Source: an uncultured virus (IMG/VR IMGVR_UViG_3300020047_007813)
Lineage: Duplodnaviria; Heunggongvirae; Uroviricota; Caudoviricetes
DNA length: 20,000 nt
Direction: 5' to 3' (one strand)
IMG/VR virus record: IMGVR_UViG_3300020047_007813
Each line of letters starts with the position of its first letter. Position 1 is the stretch's first letter. Both the position numbers and the translations under genes were made by a program. Shown here piece by piece: positions 10,601 to 13,600 of the stretch. A model generated the notes under the pieces. The model saw only the letters and a program-made list of their open reading frames with translations, ran no database searches and had not been told where the DNA came from.

Positions 10601-13600
10601 GGATCAGGCAATGGCTGCTCAACTGACGTTCCTCCTAAGTCCTTGTTTACTTCCTCGTTTCCGTTTAGAGTGACCGTAACTCCTCCAGTGCCATCTCCTC
10701 CGCTTGGCTTTGGTGCAGCCCCTTGGCTTCCAGCCGGCTCTGTGTTTCGATTGCCTTCTCCACCTTTTCCACCGCCCACTGATCCAGCTCCTTGCTGTCC
10801 CGAAGTCGGTAGTACATCTGACTGTGATTGTCCATCAACCACTCCTTTACCATCTTGGTCCACCGATGATTCACCAGCAGTTCCTGATTTTCCGTTAGTT
10901 TCATTTTCTTCTGATTTTAATTGTTCAATAAACTTTTCTAAGTCAAATTTCCTTACCTCGCGCGGGTCGGTCATTTCATCTGCAAGGGCATCCTCCGCAC
11001 GATTATACGTTGACGAATAGCCATCTTTTAATGCATCCCAATATTCGCGCAAGCGAGCTTCACCATATTTCTTATAAATCTCCTTGGCTATATCTTGGAG
11101 CTTGCGCAAGCCTTTTTCAAGGTACTTGGCAATAATCTTTGCAGCAATGGCTAACAACTCAGGGTCAACGCCTGATGACATCTTCCCCTTGCTTTTGCGG
11201 TCCATTTCATCAAATAGATCGTCAATGTCGTCATCGAGCTTTTGTTCCTTTGCTGACTTCTGCTTAGGCTCCTCTGCATCCGGGATCTTTATATTGTCAA
11301 ACCTTTTGTCTGTGTATTCGCCAACAGCATCTTTTATTTTATTTGCAAGTTCGCCTACTGTAATGGCAGCGTTATCCCAACGATTCCCATATCCAGTGTA
11401 TTTACTATCTTTCTTAGTAACCCTCCAATAAAATTCACCAACATCAAGTGTATCATTTCCGAAATTACCCGCATAGTCATTACCCCAATCAGCATCCGCT
11501 TTAAAAGATAAGTAAACTCCATACTCGCTATTTGGCTTCCATAATATTATCGTGCCGTCACCACCTATCGGGGCAATATTAGTATTCGCATATTCTTTTT
11601 TGCCTTTCTTATCGGTATCATGCTCGTAGCCTAACGCCTCCGCAAGAGCTTTGGAATATTTTGTCAAGTCCTGTTTAAATTTCTTTTCAGGAGTTCTACT
11701 TCCGTTCTCACGCAAATCTTTCATTGTATCTCCGCTGCTATCGTAGTGGCCTAACAATTTGAGTTTATTCTCTATATCGGCAAGGTGCTTATCAATCTTC
11801 TCGACTTGCGCAGACACATTTGCTGATGTTTGTTTTACAAGGGTTCCATCGCCATCGTATTTGTATTTTATAACCTCATTCGCGGTATGAATGGTTATCT
11901 CTCCAAAGGTTTTTATAATGGCACCACTGTTTCCTTCAATATGGGCTATTTCTTTTTTGTCGGTGACGGTTTCCCATCCTGATTGCTCTGTTGTAACAGC
12001 CTGTATTTCTCTAAGCGTAGCTTCTCCCGAAGCGACAACAGCTTCTGTACTGTTTTTTTCTTGTTCCTGTTCTCCAGGATTGTCGCCCGGTACGATAGTG
12101 GATCCTTGTTCATTTGTTTTAGCTTTTAAGTGTTTTTCATAAAATGGTATAACCAGCTTTTCCTCTTGCTCAACATTCTGCAAAGACATTTTATGCATTT
12201 TAGTTGCATCTTCAATATCTTTCTGACTTGAAGTCCTCGATGATTGCATTTCCTTTAACACATCAGGCCACTCCGCAATAGATTTTTTTGTTCTTGCGAG
12301 AACGTCTTTCATAAAGTTAATCTCATCCAAAATTTCTTTTGGTGACATCCCTTTAACCGAAACAACTGTTTTATTGGTTTTTGTACCATAATGCATGGTT
12401 TCTCCATCATCTTCATACTCAATTTCAGTAATGCCTTTTAAGTCGCCTCCTTTTGGCAATGAAGCAGCAATTTCACCACCCGAAGTTACGGCTTCTGTTG
12501 GTGAAGTGGACTTTAGCAGCCCTTCTTGCCCCCCTTGGGCTTTGGTTTCATCTTTGCCATCGCTTTGATTATTAGATGTGGTGTCCGCATTTTTATCCGC
12601 TGCAGGCTTGGCGGCTTGTTTTTCAGCAATCGCTTTTTCTATATTGCCATTGTTTTTAGCATACAATTCAGCAAAATCCTCCTCGTCATATTTAGCAAGT
12701 GTGGTTTCGTTACCTTTCTTTACTGATTTAGCATAATCGCTAACAGGGCTTTCGTCTGTGAAAATAGATTTTTGTTCGGGGGTTAACTCCTCCTGCCAAA
12801 TATGGTGTGCCAGCTCATGCAAAACTGTATGATCGTGGCCTGAATGATATTCTCCAACAATTTCATTTACGCCTATTCCTCTGATATTATTATTATCGTA
12901 AGAAATGGTTTTTTGCAATCCCCTACCATCATCACCCCCTTCTAAATACTTAATCCCTTTGTCTTTTAAATGTTGCCACACTTCAGGAGAAACTTTTTTA
13001 GCATATTCAACAGCTTCGGGAGCAACCCAAATACCATTTATATTTTCATAACCTGCTGCTTTAAAGGCTCCAGCAACATCTCCATTGTTATCTAACAAAT
13101 GATTATGAATAATTTTATTCCTTTCCTTTATTTTAGATGCGTTATCTGCTTCGGCATTAGAAACTTCATAAGGCTTCAGCAACCCGCTAACTACGTCATC
13201 AAAATTCTCATCCCATATAGCCTCACGGCCTCTGTCATCGAACAAAGACTCAACAAGGTCGTCATGGATATTGGTTACATCGTCCTCGCTTAGCTCAATA
13301 CCTCGGGCATCTGCCTCGGCTTTAATACCGCGCATGATTTCTTTGCTGTGCTCAAATTGCTGATCCTCGTAGTCAATCTGCATAGCATCAACTACGGCTT
13401 GCCTCTCGGCTATAAGTGCTGTATTCTCTTTGGTTTTAGGTTTCTTTTTCAGTGCTGCTATCTCCTCCTGCAATGGCAATATAGCCTCGTCATGCTTGCC
13501 TACTACTTCATCAATAGCATTGGCAACCTCCTGAATAGTCTTGCCTTTCATGTCGTCATACGTGCCGAAGGCGGTTTTTACCGGTGATGAGGCGGGCTCA

